A stretch of DNA of 64,000 bases from an uncultured cyanobacterium (GCA_963765575.1 CAVXWZ010000001.1:224001-288000), one strand, 5' to 3'. Numbered from the stretch's first letter, positions 39,506 to 48,394 are shown. Made by a program: numbers and translations. The notes: generated from the sequence alone by a model not told the origin.

Positions 39506-40226
39506 GACGTTGCGGTGGCACCCCCAGGCCCCAGAGCACCCCGATCCAGAGGTAGAGCGCCGTGGCTTTCCAGGGGCCCCACTGGCGCACCCGCCGGTCG
39601 GAGCTGATCACCACCCGCTGGATCAGGGCGATGCGGCCCAGCTTCGCCAGGCGCAGGCAGAGGTCGCCGTCCTCCAGCACGGGCAGTTCGGGGTTGAACC
39701 CGCCGCAGCGCTCGAAACTGAGGCGGCGCATCACCATCACCTGATCGCCAAACAACAGCCGCAGGCCGCGCAAGAACAGGTGGGGGCGAAACAGCAGCGG
39801 CGCCATGGAGGTCTTGGCGGTATTGAGGGCCGAGATCAGCCAGCGGGTGTTGGCTTCGCCGCACATCAGCGACACAAAGCCGGCTGCGGCCACACCGGGA
39901 TCGGCGAGGGTGTGGGCCGTGACCGCCACCAGGTCGTGGGGCACCAGGGTGTCGGCGTGCAGAAAGCAGAGCAGGTCGCCGCTGGCCCGGGCGGCGCCCA
40001 GGTTCATCTGGGCCGCCCGGCCCCGGCGGGATGCGCGCAGCACGGTGGCCCCGGCGGCGGCGGCGATGGCGATGGTGCCATCGCTGCTGCCCCCATCCAC
40101 CACCAGCACTTCGAGGGGCGGCGGATCGAGCACCTGCAGCTGCCGCAGGGTGCGTCCCAGCCAGGCCTCCTCGTTGAGGGCGGGAATGATGATCGAGAGC
40201 GAGGGTGCCGGCGGCGGCAGGCTCAC
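39477..40226 (-). CDS. GT2 glycosyltransferase (TIGR04283-like)
   Basis: SIIIPALNEE, VVDGGSSDGT, GRAAQMNLGA, FLHADT, FGDQ, SSDRR. Confidence 0.9.
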   Translation of the reverse strand: MSLPPPAPSLSIIIPALNEEAWLGRTLRQLQVLDPPPLEVLVVDGGSSDGTIAIAAAAGATVLRASRRGRAAQMNLGAARASGDLLCFLHADTLVPHDLVAVTAHTLADPGVAAAGFVSLMCGEANTRWLISALNTAKTSMAPLLFRPHLFLRGLRLLFGDQVMVMRRLSFERCGGFNPELPVLEDGDLCLRLAKLGRIALIQRVVISSDRRVRQWGPWKATALYLWIGVLWGLGVPPQRLRRLYPDVR

Positions 40227-40888
40227 CAGGGCAGCTCCTCGCCGTTGGCATGGCGGAAGCGGCCGCTGTCCTCCAGGGAGAGGGCATCGATGCGCTGCAG
40301 CAACCCCTGCACCGAGGTGCGTGGCGTGATGCCGCTGGAGCTGAAGCCGGTCATGCGGGTGCTGACCAGGCCCGGATGCAGGATCGCCACGGCGATGCCG
40401 CGGGGTGCCAGGTCGATCGCCAGCGACTTGCCGGCCATGCACAGGGCCGTCTTCGACATCCGGTAGCCGTAATAGCTGCCGGAATCGTTGTCGGCGATCG
40501 AGCCCATGCGGCTGGTGATCAGCACCACCTTGGCCCCCCGTCTGAGCGCGGGCAGCAGGGCGCGGGTGAGCATCAGGGGCGCGACCGCATTCACCTCGAA
40601 CTGGCGGCGCAGACCGTCAGCGCTCACACTCTCGAGGCTGTCGGCCTCCAGCCGGCCGGCGTTGTGGATCAGGCCATCAAGGCCCTGATCCCCCAGCCGT
40701 CGCTGCAGCTCCGGGCCGGTGTCGGCGGCGGTGATGTCGAGGCCGGCCTCGATGCGCACCCCCAGCTGCTCCAGCTCCGGTGAGGAGCTGCGGCACACCG
40801 CCAGCACCGTCTCGCCGCGGTCCCGCAGCTGGCGGCACAGTTCCAGGCCGATGCCGCGGTTGGCGCCGGTGATCAGCAGCGTGCTCAT
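40223..40888 (-). CDS. SDR oxidoreductase (CsgA-like)
   Basis: TGANRGIG, HNAG, YRMSK, LHPGLVST. Confidence 0.92.
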   Translation of the reverse strand: MSTLLITGANRGIGLELCRQLRDRGETVLAVCRSSSPELEQLGVRIEAGLDITAADTGPELQRRLGDQGLDGLIHNAGRLEADSLESVSADGLRRQFEVNAVAPLMLTRALLPALRRGAKVVLITSRMGSIADNDSGSYYGYRMSKTALCMAGKSLAIDLAPRGIAVAILHPGLVSTRMTGFSSSGITPRTSVQGLLQRIDALSLEDSGRFRHANGEELPW

Positions 40889-41280
40889 GGCCTGGGGAGG
40901 GGGCTGAAGGTCACGGGCTCGTACTTGGCGATCGACGCCGTCCAGGCCTTTGAAGCCAGGCCCTGGAGTGCCTGCAGCACCTGCTCGGTGTCGCCCCCGG
41001 CGATCCACTGGGCCTTGAGTTTGGGCAGCTGCTCGTTCATCACCTCCAGCGGCATCACCAGCAGCAACAGGCTGGCGGCGCCGGCGGCCTGGCGCAGGGG
41101 CCCTGCAGCGCTGCGTTGCCAGATGCGCAGCAGCAGCTCCAGGGTCAGCGCGCGGCCGTCCTCACCCGGATCGTTGGCAGCGGCGGCCTCAGGGCCCAGG
41201 GATTTGCCGTTGAGCGGCAGGGCCCGCCCGCCGTCCTGCTCCAGGAAGCCGAGGGCGATCAGGTAGGGCGCTTCCGCCAT
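40885..41280 (-). CDS. Conserved hypothetical protein
   Basis: Overlaps the SDR start (ATGA); YLIALG...RALPLNGKS...LELLLRIWQRS. Confidence 0.7.
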   Translation of the reverse strand: MAEAPYLIALGFLEQDGGRALPLNGKSLGPEAAAANDPGEDGRALTLELLLRIWQRSAAGPLRQAAGAASLLLLVMPLEVMNEQLPKLKAQWIAGGDTEQVLQALQGLASKAWTASIAKYEPVTFSPLPRP

Positions 41281-41514
41281 GGCGAAGGGAGCAGGGAGGC
41301 CCCCACCCTGGCGGATCGCTTCAGGGCTGCACTGGTTGCCGGGGCTCGAGCGCCCTGCACCAGCTGGCGCCAGTCACCAGGTGCTCCTGTCGAGCGGGGG
41401 CCGCCGTTCAGCGGGTTGGCCTTTCAGCAGGGGCCTGCCATTCACCAACAACTGTGATCGCTTGCCCAAGCGGGAGCGCCAACGCTGAGGATTGGCACGA
41501 AGGCGTCCGCACCC

Positions 41515-42468
41515 ATGCTGTTTCACGTTCGCCATGCCCTGCGGTATGCCTACGAGCGGCCGGTGTTCCTCGAACCCACCACCGTGAGGCTCACCCCCCG
41601 CAGCGATCCGGCCCAGCGGCTGCTGCATCACAACCTGGAGCTCAGCCCTCAGCCGAGCGGCAGCAGTCGGGTGCTGGAGGCGGACGGCACCGAGGCGGTG
41701 GTGCTGTGGTTTGCGCCGCTGCAGGAGGCGCTCAGCATCGAGGTGGACATGGTGGTGCGCACCCTGCGCCAGAACCCCTTCGATTGGATCATCACCCACC
41801 CGCCGGCCCTGACCCTGCCGGCCGCCTACCCGCCGGGAGACACCCGATCCCTGGCCCCCTACCTGGAGGATCCCCAGCTGCCCATCGCCGAGCCGGTGCG
41901 GCAGTGGGCGGGGGAGCTGGCCGCGGTGGTCCAAGGGTCCACCGCCGACTTCCTGATGCGTCTGGTGGACACGATCCACCACGGCTTTCACCACATCGGC
42001 CGGCCGGACGGCGAGCCGATGGCTGCCGCCGACACCCTCAGCAGCCGCACCGGCGCCTGCCGCGACACCGCCATGCTGACCGTGGAGGCCTGCCGCAGCC
42101 AGGGGCTCGCCGCCCGCTTCGTGAGCGGGTATTCGATGCACCACCCGGAGGAGGTGAGCGAGCACGAACTGCATGCCTGGGCCGAGGTGTATCTGCCCGG
42201 GGCCGGTTGGCGCGGCTATGACCCCAGCCTCGGTCTGGCGGTGGCCGACGGACACCTGGTGCTGGCGGCCGCCCCCGATCACCTGCTGGCGGCGCCGGTG
42301 AGCGGCCGCTACCGGGGCACGGGGGTGGGATCTGAGATGCGCTACGCGGTGGAGGTGCGCACCGCCGAGAGCCTCGAAGCCCTTCAGGCCCTTGAACGCG
42401 AGCGGCCCCTGGCCATGCCGGCGCCGGAGCGCTGGCTCAGCGGCGAGGGCACGGTGGGCAGCGCCTGA
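41515..42468 (+). CDS. Transglutaminase-like family protein
   Basis: GACRD, ARFVSGY, LHAWAEVYLPGAGWRGYDP. Confidence 0.92.
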   Translation: MLFHVRHALRYAYERPVFLEPTTVRLTPRSDPAQRLLHHNLELSPQPSGSSRVLEADGTEAVVLWFAPLQEALSIEVDMVVRTLRQNPFDWIITHPPALTLPAAYPPGDTRSLAPYLEDPQLPIAEPVRQWAGELAAVVQGSTADFLMRLVDTIHHGFHHIGRPDGEPMAAADTLSSRTGACRDTAMLTVEACRSQGLAARFVSGYSMHHPEEVSEHELHAWAEVYLPGAGWRGYDPSLGLAVADGHLVLAAAPDHLLAAPVSGRYRGTGVGSEMRYAVEVRTAESLEALQALERERPLAMPAPERWLSGEGTVGSA

Positions 42469-42626
42469 GCAGGCTGCGGGCATCGGCGCGATCCGAACGG
42501 GCAGGGTGCCGACCCACAGCGCGGCGGTGGTGGCGCTGTGTCCTGGAACACTTTGGGCCTGTTTCCCATGGCACCAGCCGCCAGGAAGGGGCCAGAAACA
42601 ATGGGGCAGGACGCCCATTCTTCAGC

Positions 42627-44225
42627 GTGAAGCCAACCATCAAGCCGATTTCCAGTCTGCAGCTGGAGAACGGCGCAGAAATCACGGCCTTCAGCCAACG
42701 CAGCAACCGTGCTTTTGTGGTCAGTGGTGGTGAAACTTTAGACGTTGTTCGCTACAAGAACTTCAAGAATCCAAAGCTTCTCGAAAGCCTGTCGCTGCAG
42801 GGATCAGCCAACAGCGTGGCTGTGAATGACGACGGCTTGGTCGCTGTCGCCACCGCCGCGGGGCGCAACAACCGTGGACGGATCGAATTCTTCCAGATCC
42901 GCAAGGACCGCAGCATCAGGAGCAAGGGCAGTGTGCGGGTTGGCAACCTTCCCGATTCCATTGCGTTCACCCCTGATGGCCGCAAGCTGGTCGTCGCCAA
43001 CGAGGGGGAGCCCAACCCGTTCTATGGCACCGAGGACGGCAGGGATCCGGCCGGTTCGATCTCCATCCTCCGGATTGATGATCGCAACCCGCATGAATCC
43101 AGGGTCACCAATCTCGATTTCAAAGACTTTTCCGCCAAAAATCTGCGCAACAGGGGTGTGCGTATCAGTGGCCTCAAGGGAACCAAGCCAGCCACCGACA
43201 TTGAGCCTGAGTATGTGACGGTGTCGCCCGATGGCAAGACCGCCTTCGTGACCCTGCAGGAAAACAACGCCATCGCCGAGGTGAATTTGCAGAGCCGCAA
43301 GATCCGCCGGGTCTTTTCGGCTGGCGTGCAGAACTACAAGACAGCCGGCAAGTTTGATACCTCCGATGAAGATGATGGCTTCAGGCCTGGAAACCGAGAC
43401 TTCAGAGGCTTGCGCATGCCCGATGGTGCTGACAGCTTCGATCGCAAAGGCAAAACTTTCATCATCACCGCCAACGAAGGCGATGGTCGCGTGCGTCCCG
43501 ATGATGTGAACTTCGAAGCTCCAGCCGACGGCACCTACTTCTATGGCACCAAGAAACGCGGCACGGTCTTTGAACGCTTCGAGGATCCTCTCACTGGCAG
43601 GATGGTGTTCATCACCGACCAGGAGCGGGGATCCAGGGGGGCATTCGATGCTGAAGCGGAGGATGAGTTTTTTATTACCCTCAAGTATGGCGCCTCAGCG
43701 GATGACGGTTTCTTCAGTGATGAGATCCGTGCCGGTGATCTCAGCAACCCCAGTGCCAACAAGATTGTCTCGGGCTCCAAGGAAGGGCGCCTGAAAACCA
43801 TCGCCGATGCCAACACCCGCAAGACGCTCGTGGGGTTCGGGGGGCGATCCTTCAGCATCTATGACAGCGTCACCGGTGAGCTGGTGTACGACTCCGGTGA
43901 TCGCCTCGACCGCATCGTCAACAGGGCTGGCCTCTTTGACGATGGCCGCAGCGACGACAAGAGCATCGAGCCCGAAGCGGTGACGACCGCCCGGCTGGGG
44001 AAACGCACCTATGCCTTCATCGGTCTGGAGCGCCCCACCGGATCCATGGTCCCCGTCTTCGACGTGTCCAACCCGGAGCGGCCCAAGCTCGAAGCGCTCT
44101 TCCAGAGTCCGAGCTCCCTCAGCCCCGAGGGCCTCACCTTCGTCAAGAACGGTCGCAAGTCAGGGGTGTTGCTGGTGGCCAACGAGGTGTCGGGCACGCT
44201 CGACAGCTTTGCGTTCAGCGGCTGA
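42627..44225 (+). CDS. Choice-of-anchor I / alkaline-phosphatase-associated beta-propeller protein
   Basis: VANEGEP, IEPEY, VTLQENNA, TANEGD, FGGRSFSI, DGRSDDKSIEPE, VANEVSG. Confidence 0.8.
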   Translation: MKPTIKPISSLQLENGAEITAFSQRSNRAFVVSGGETLDVVRYKNFKNPKLLESLSLQGSANSVAVNDDGLVAVATAAGRNNRGRIEFFQIRKDRSIRSKGSVRVGNLPDSIAFTPDGRKLVVANEGEPNPFYGTEDGRDPAGSISILRIDDRNPHESRVTNLDFKDFSAKNLRNRGVRISGLKGTKPATDIEPEYVTVSPDGKTAFVTLQENNAIAEVNLQSRKIRRVFSAGVQNYKTAGKFDTSDEDDGFRPGNRDFRGLRMPDGADSFDRKGKTFIITANEGDGRVRPDDVNFEAPADGTYFYGTKKRGTVFERFEDPLTGRMVFITDQERGSRGAFDAEAEDEFFITLKYGASADDGFFSDEIRAGDLSNPSANKIVSGSKEGRLKTIADANTRKTLVGFGGRSFSIYDSVTGELVYDSGDRLDRIVNRAGLFDDGRSDDKSIEPEAVTTARLGKRTYAFIGLERPTGSMVPVFDVSNPERPKLEALFQSPSSLSPEGLTFVKNGRKSGVLLVANEVSGTLDSFAFSG

Positions 44226-44227
44226 TC

Positions 44228-44620
44228 TCAGCGGCACCACCGGCAACTGGTGCCACAGGGCCTGGCGGGGGTGGAAGGGCACGGCACCCACCCGCGCGGC
44301 CACATCCGCCACACCCGGGTAGGCCCGCCACATCTTGGCGTGGGCGAGGCCGTAGACCTGCCGCTCGGTGCCGTAGCGCCGCACCCAGTCCACCAGGAAC
44401 ATGGGCAGATCGGGGCTCGCCAGGCCGCCGTTGTGGGAGCCCACCAGCAGCATCTGCCCCTGGCTGGGCATGTGCTCCCAGCCGCTGGTGCGCACCCGGA
44501 AGTAGTGGCGGTAGAACCACTCCCACACCGGCATCAGGCGTTGAATCAGGCGCGGATCGCGGCGGTTCGCCGGCAGGGGCAGGCGGGGAAAGGGCTGGCT
44601 GGCGTGGATGGGGGGCGCGG
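44228..44620 (-). pseudogene. Truncated lysophospholipid/glycerol acyltransferase
   Basis: RDPRLIQRLMPVWEWFYRHYFRV, VGSHNGG; the YPGG segment and C-terminus are missing. Confidence 0.72.
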
Positions 44621-44650
44621 TGCCGGTGGGCAGCGGGTGAGCACGGTGGT

Positions 44651-45586
44651 TCAGGTGGTGAGCAGCCGCACGATGGTGTCGATCTTGCGCTTGTTGGTGC
44701 GGATGAGCAGTTTGGCTTCGTGCACCAGATTCTCGATGTTGCCAGTGGTGACGTTGTCCATGTCATCGGAGGCGGTGGTGAGATCGGTCTGCAGGCGGAT
44801 GTAGTTGTCACCCAGCAGCGTTCTCATCTGGTAGTCGGCCGCATCGGCGACGCCATCGAACATGCAGCTGAGCAGCGGCAGGGCCCACCCCAGCCGGCCC
44901 CAGTCCTTGGCCTCGCGGTGCCGAATGGGCCGCACCAGTTCGCCGGTGCCGATCGACACCACCACAATGTCGTTGTCATCGGGAAACAGCCGGCGCGCTT
45001 CGGCGTAGGCCGACACCACCGGGCTGTTGATGAACACGCCGCCATCCACCAGGGCCTTTGTGGCCCCGTCCACGGCCACCAGCGCCGGCTCGAAAAAGGT
45101 GGGTGCGGCGGATGTGGCACGGGCGGCGTGGCGCATCAGCACCGAGCGGTGACTTGGTTTCCAGCTCTTGAAGAACAGCGGCTGACGGTTCTCGATGTCG
45201 TAGCTGGTGATCAGGGTTCGGGTGAGGCAGGAGCCCAGCGGCTCATCGCCGAAATAGTCCTCCAGCACCCCCTCCAGGCCGGTGTGGGCATAGAGCTCAT
45301 CGCCGAAGCCACCCACCGATGACACCCCTTTCCAGAGGGAACGGGAAAAGATGTCCTTGCCGCGCTTGCGGTAGATCACAGCCAGGTCGCTGGCGGAGTA
45401 GCGGGGGCTGCCGGTGCCATCGTCCCGGCTGAATCCCAGCGCCAGGATCCCGCCGGTGGAGGTGCCGGCGATCAGATCGAAACACTCGGCCACCGCCTTG
45501 CCGGTCTTGGTTTCGATCGCAGCCAGCACCAGGCTGGGGATCAGGCCGCGGATGCCGCCGCCATCGATGCTGAGGATGCGCTTCAT
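44651..45586 (-). CDS. Patatin-like phospholipase
   Basis: ILSIDGGGIRG, GTSTG, ATSAAP, DGG. Confidence 0.93.
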   Translation of the reverse strand: MKRILSIDGGGIRGLIPSLVLAAIETKTGKAVAECFDLIAGTSTGGILALGFSRDDGTGSPRYSASDLAVIYRKRGKDIFSRSLWKGVSSVGGFGDELYAHTGLEGVLEDYFGDEPLGSCLTRTLITSYDIENRQPLFFKSWKPSHRSVLMRHAARATSAAPTFFEPALVAVDGATKALVDGGVFINSPVVSAYAEARRLFPDDNDIVVVSIGTGELVRPIRHREAKDWGRLGWALPLLSCMFDGVADAADYQMRTLLGDNYIRLQTDLTTASDDMDNVTTGNIENLVHEAKLLIRTNKRKIDTIVRLLTT

Positions 45587-45796
45587 GGCCTGGCCAGCAC
45601 GGGCAGCCTCAACGCTGGCGGGAGTGGGGTGGAGGGGCCATCAGCTGACACACCTGGGAACAACCATCGCCACCCCCGCACCGCTTCGCTGCGGCCGGCA
45701 GCACCGCGGCCCCAGCGCAACTCCAGTTGAATGGCCAGCCCCCATCCGCCGCCCTTGCGGCCCATCCTGCAGGGATGCTTCCCCATGCGTGACCCC

Positions 45797-46381
45797 ATGA
45801 CAGACACTCCCACGCCTGCCGCCGGCGATGAGGCCACCTGGTTCAAGGTGCTGCTGGCGGTGCGCTGGCCCGTGGCCGTGGTGGCCTCTGCGGGCGTGCT
45901 CGGTGGCGTGCTGCTGCACGTGCTCAGCCGCCCGATTCCGATCCGGTTGGCCATGCCCCTGGATCAGCCCCTGGCGGTGAAGGCCCAGGTGGCCGAACTG
46001 GCCGAGCCGATCCAGGTGGATCAGCTCGACTCAGCCATCGGCATCGCCCTGAAGGAATCGGTCACCGTGAGAGGCAGCGTTGCGCTCGATACCCCCAGGC
46101 CGATTCCGATCAGCGGTGAGCCCCGCGTGGTGGTGACCAGCCCGGTGGAAGTGAAGCACAGCTCAGCGGTGCCGGTGCGGGGCGCTGTGGACGTCACCGC
46201 CGCCAAGCCGCTGCCGGTGCAGGGGGCGGTGGATGTGACCGCCGGTCAGCCGCTGCCGGTGCAGGGCGCGGTGGAGGTGTCGAGTCCTGAACCCATCCGG
46301 GTGGACTCCGATGTGACCTTGGACACCGAGGACAAGCCCGTGCAGATTGAGTTTAAAGGCGGGCTGATGGGGATTTTCTGA
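45797..46381 (+). CDS. Membrane-anchored hypothetical protein with 14-aa repeats
   Basis: N-terminal TM; GAVDVTAAKPLPVQ GAVDVTAGQPLPVQ GAVEV. Confidence 0.75.
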   Translation: MTDTPTPAAGDEATWFKVLLAVRWPVAVVASAGVLGGVLLHVLSRPIPIRLAMPLDQPLAVKAQVAELAEPIQVDQLDSAIGIALKESVTVRGSVALDTPRPIPISGEPRVVVTSPVEVKHSSAVPVRGAVDVTAAKPLPVQGAVDVTAGQPLPVQGAVEVSSPEPIRVDSDVTLDTEDKPVQIEFKGGLMGIF

Positions 46382-46400
46382 GGGGGTCCGGGGTTGCCGA

Positions 46401-47131
46401 TCAGCTGCGCAGATCGAAGATGTAGAGGCGTGCTTCTTTGTCCTGACATGTAGAGACGTGCTTCTGTCCACACATCTCCTTTTTTCCTCCCTCCCCAACG
46501 AGCCTCCTTTGTCGCTGATGATCCAGAGGCAGTCTCGCTGGCGGTCGTGGCAGAGGGCGGAGAAGTCGATCTCATCGGGCTTCAGCTCGGCATCCACAAA
46601 CCCTTGGCTGTCGTCGAGCACGCGGTGGCTGAGGATGGTCTGGAGATCCGCCGACACTTCGATCAGCAAGCCGGGCTGGCCCTCCTTGAGGGCCAACAAC
46701 GTTTCTGAGCTGCTGTTCCAGCTGAGGCCCTCAAGGCCCTTGTTTGAGCTGCCGGCGGAGACGTAGGGCGCGATCGCGGCAAAGCCCACCATCGCGTCGA
46801 GCCGTGTCCTGATGGTGATGGTCTGCGTGCTGATCTCAGCTTTGATGAAGACATTGCCGTCTTCGACCACGGCGAGCACATGCTCGCCAGCGGGGTCCAG
46901 GGTGATTCCCTCCAGCCCCGTGTCGCTGATCGCAAAGGACCTGGCCGGCAGGATCTTGCCTTTGAGGCTGATCTGGAAGATCCGCTTCGTGTCATCACTC
47001 ACCACCCACAGGGCCTTGCCACCCTCCGCGAGGGTCAGGCCCGATGGTTCAAGCAAGCCCTGGCGCTTGTCCTTGATGTCGTGGCGATCCAGGTAGGTGA
47101 GGCTGAACCGCTGCTGTGCCGGCACGGCCAT
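46401..47131 (-). CDS. SdiA-regulated/YjiK-like beta-propeller protein, garbled near 46440-46510
   Basis: EPSGL, LWVVSD, LEGIT, NKGLEGL, WIISDK; natural end DKEARLYIFDLRS* sits in another frame. Confidence 0.75.
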
Positions 47132-47147
47132 GGCTCCGGGCCTCGAC

Positions 47148-47309
47148 TCAGGGCCTGGGGAGGGGCTGCTCCAGCTCCTGGGCCAGGAGGTCTTGGGCGA
47201 GCAACAGCAGGGCGACACCCATCAGCGCCAGGGCGGTGCCGCGCTGGCCATCACCGCTCAGCTCGAGCATGCGGGCGGTCTGGAGATGCTCAGGCCAGCC
47301 GAGTCGCAT
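47148..47309 (-). CDS. Possible small hypothetical protein (53 aa)
   Basis: MRLGWPEHLQTARMLELSGDGQRGTALALMGVALLLLAQDLLAQELEQPLPRP. Confidence 0.35.
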   Translation of the reverse strand: MRLGWPEHLQTARMLELSGDGQRGTALALMGVALLLLAQDLLAQELEQPLPRP

Positions 47310-47468
47310 GTCTAGACACTGCTTTTGGATGATTCTGGTTTGAAGCGCTGCTCTCCGTGAGCTCCTTTACAACACGAAACACTGACAAGGGCGCCCACCG
47401 GGTAGCCCTTGCTACGCCCATTCGGTATCGGGCCGATACCGTTTCGCCATCCCTCGGCTGCAGAACCC

Positions 47469-47687
47469 ATGGGCGAGTCCATCGAGATCAGTGTGAGCCA
47501 GCGCTTCGAGATCGAGCGCTTCAGCCGTGCCATCGATGGCACCGCCGATCCCGCGGCCCTGCGCCACATTGCCAAGCAGCTGCTGCAGGCCTGGCAGACC
47601 CAGAAGGCCGCCACCACCTGGGCGATCAGCCAGCAGATGGGTCCATGGCCTGCGCCAGACTCGCGGTCGTCTGAACCGATGGCCTGA
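47469..47687 (+). CDS. NblA-like small protein
   Basis: IEISVSQRFEIERF...IAKQLLQAWQTQKAATTWAI, similar to the NblA helix-loop-helix pattern. Confidence 0.55.
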   Translation: MGESIEISVSQRFEIERFSRAIDGTADPAALRHIAKQLLQAWQTQKAATTWAISQQMGPWPAPDSRSSEPMA

Positions 47688-47861
47688 GTGGACCCGATCT
47701 GGATGCTGGTTCCCTGGGCGATCCTCTCGTTGGCGGTGGGTTTGAAGTTCTGGCGCTTTACCCGGCTGGTGCGCCAACACGTGCCTGGACTGTCCTCGGA
47801 GCTGGAGCGGGCCAGGGCCTCGCTGGAGCAGCGCTGGCAGAAAGATCAGCTGGGCACCTGA
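47688..47861 (+). CDS. Small single-TM hypothetical protein (57 aa)
   Basis: Manual from GTG right after the previous stop: MDPIWMLVPWAILSLAVGLKFWRFTRL...LEQRWQKDQLGT. Confidence 0.65.
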   Translation: MDPIWMLVPWAILSLAVGLKFWRFTRLVRQHVPGLSSELERARASLEQRWQKDQLGT

Positions 47862-47898
47862 CCCACGCTGCCGTCACAGAACTTCATAGAGTGTTGGC

Positions 47899-47937
47899 GG
47901 TCATCGAGCGGTTCCTGGACGGGTCCGCTTTTTTTTT
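47899..47937 (+). ncRNA. Candidate sRNA, copy 1
   Basis: -10-like TAGAGT (47887-47892), 6-nt spacer, GGTCATCG, hairpin AGCGGTTCC-TGGAC-GGGTCCGCT, T-run. Confidence 0.6.
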
Positions 47938-47954
47938 GGCCTTTGGCGGCGGCT

Positions 47955-48128
47955 CTAGCGGCTGAGGGTCTTCCAGATCCACCAGGCGGCAACGGCGACC
48001 AGCACCCAGGGCAGCAAGCCTCTGAACAGCAGCAGCACCGCCAACACCACCAGGGCTGACACCGCCGCTCTCCTGGTGAGTGCCTTGGCCTCATCGGTCA
48101 TGTAGCGCCAGCGAGGGACGAGCGGCAT
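47955..48128 (-). CDS. Small hydrophobic protein (57 aa), copy A
   Basis: MPLVPRWRYMTDEAKALTRRAAVSALVVLAVLLLFRGLLPWVLVAVAAWWIWKTLSR. Confidence 0.78.
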   Translation of the reverse strand: MPLVPRWRYMTDEAKALTRRAAVSALVVLAVLLLFRGLLPWVLVAVAAWWIWKTLSR

Positions 48129-48166
48129 GGGCGGAGGGGCGTCACAGAACTTCATAGATTGTGGTC

Positions 48167-48204
48167 GGTCATCGAGCGGGTCCTGGACGGGTCCGCTTTT
48201 TTTT
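48167..48204 (+). ncRNA. Candidate sRNA, copy 2
   Basis: -10-like TAGATT (48155-48160), 6-nt spacer, GGTCATCG, hairpin AGCGGGTCC-TGGAC-GGGTCCGCT, T-run. Confidence 0.6.
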
Positions 48205-48220
48205 GGCCTTCTGGGCGTGT

Positions 48221-48394
48221 CTACCTGCTGATCGCTTTCCAGATCCACCAGGCAGCAACGGCAACCAGCACCCAGGGCAGCAAGCCTCGGAATAGCAGCA
48301 GCACCAGCAACACCACCAGGGCGGAGACAGCAGTTCTCCTTGTGAGTGCCTTGGCCTCATCGGTCATGTAGCGCCAGCGCGGGACGAGTGGCAT
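48221..48394 (-). CDS. Small hydrophobic protein (57 aa), copy B
   Basis: Manual: MPLVPRWRYMTDEAKALTRRTAVSALVVLLVLLLFRGLLPWVLVAVAAWWIWKAISR; most DNA differences from copy A are synonymous. Confidence 0.78.
   Translation of the reverse strand: MPLVPRWRYMTDEAKALTRRTAVSALVVLLVLLLFRGLLPWVLVAVAAWWIWKAISR

Larger units (their letters stand above)
47873..48394. repeat. Tandem duplication, period about 268 bp, two units
   Basis: GTCACAGAACTTCATAGA at 47873 and 48141; duplicated hairpin/T-run and duplicated ORF. Confidence 0.92.

Noticed and set aside
44651..45586. CBASS CapV effector
   Set aside because: Patatin motifs are present but no CD-NTase or cap genes are adjacent.
47873..48394. CRISPR array or attC-type cassette array
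   Set aside because: Only two units, the intervening sequences are paralogous ORFs rather than unique spacers, and no cas or integron integrase gene is in the window.
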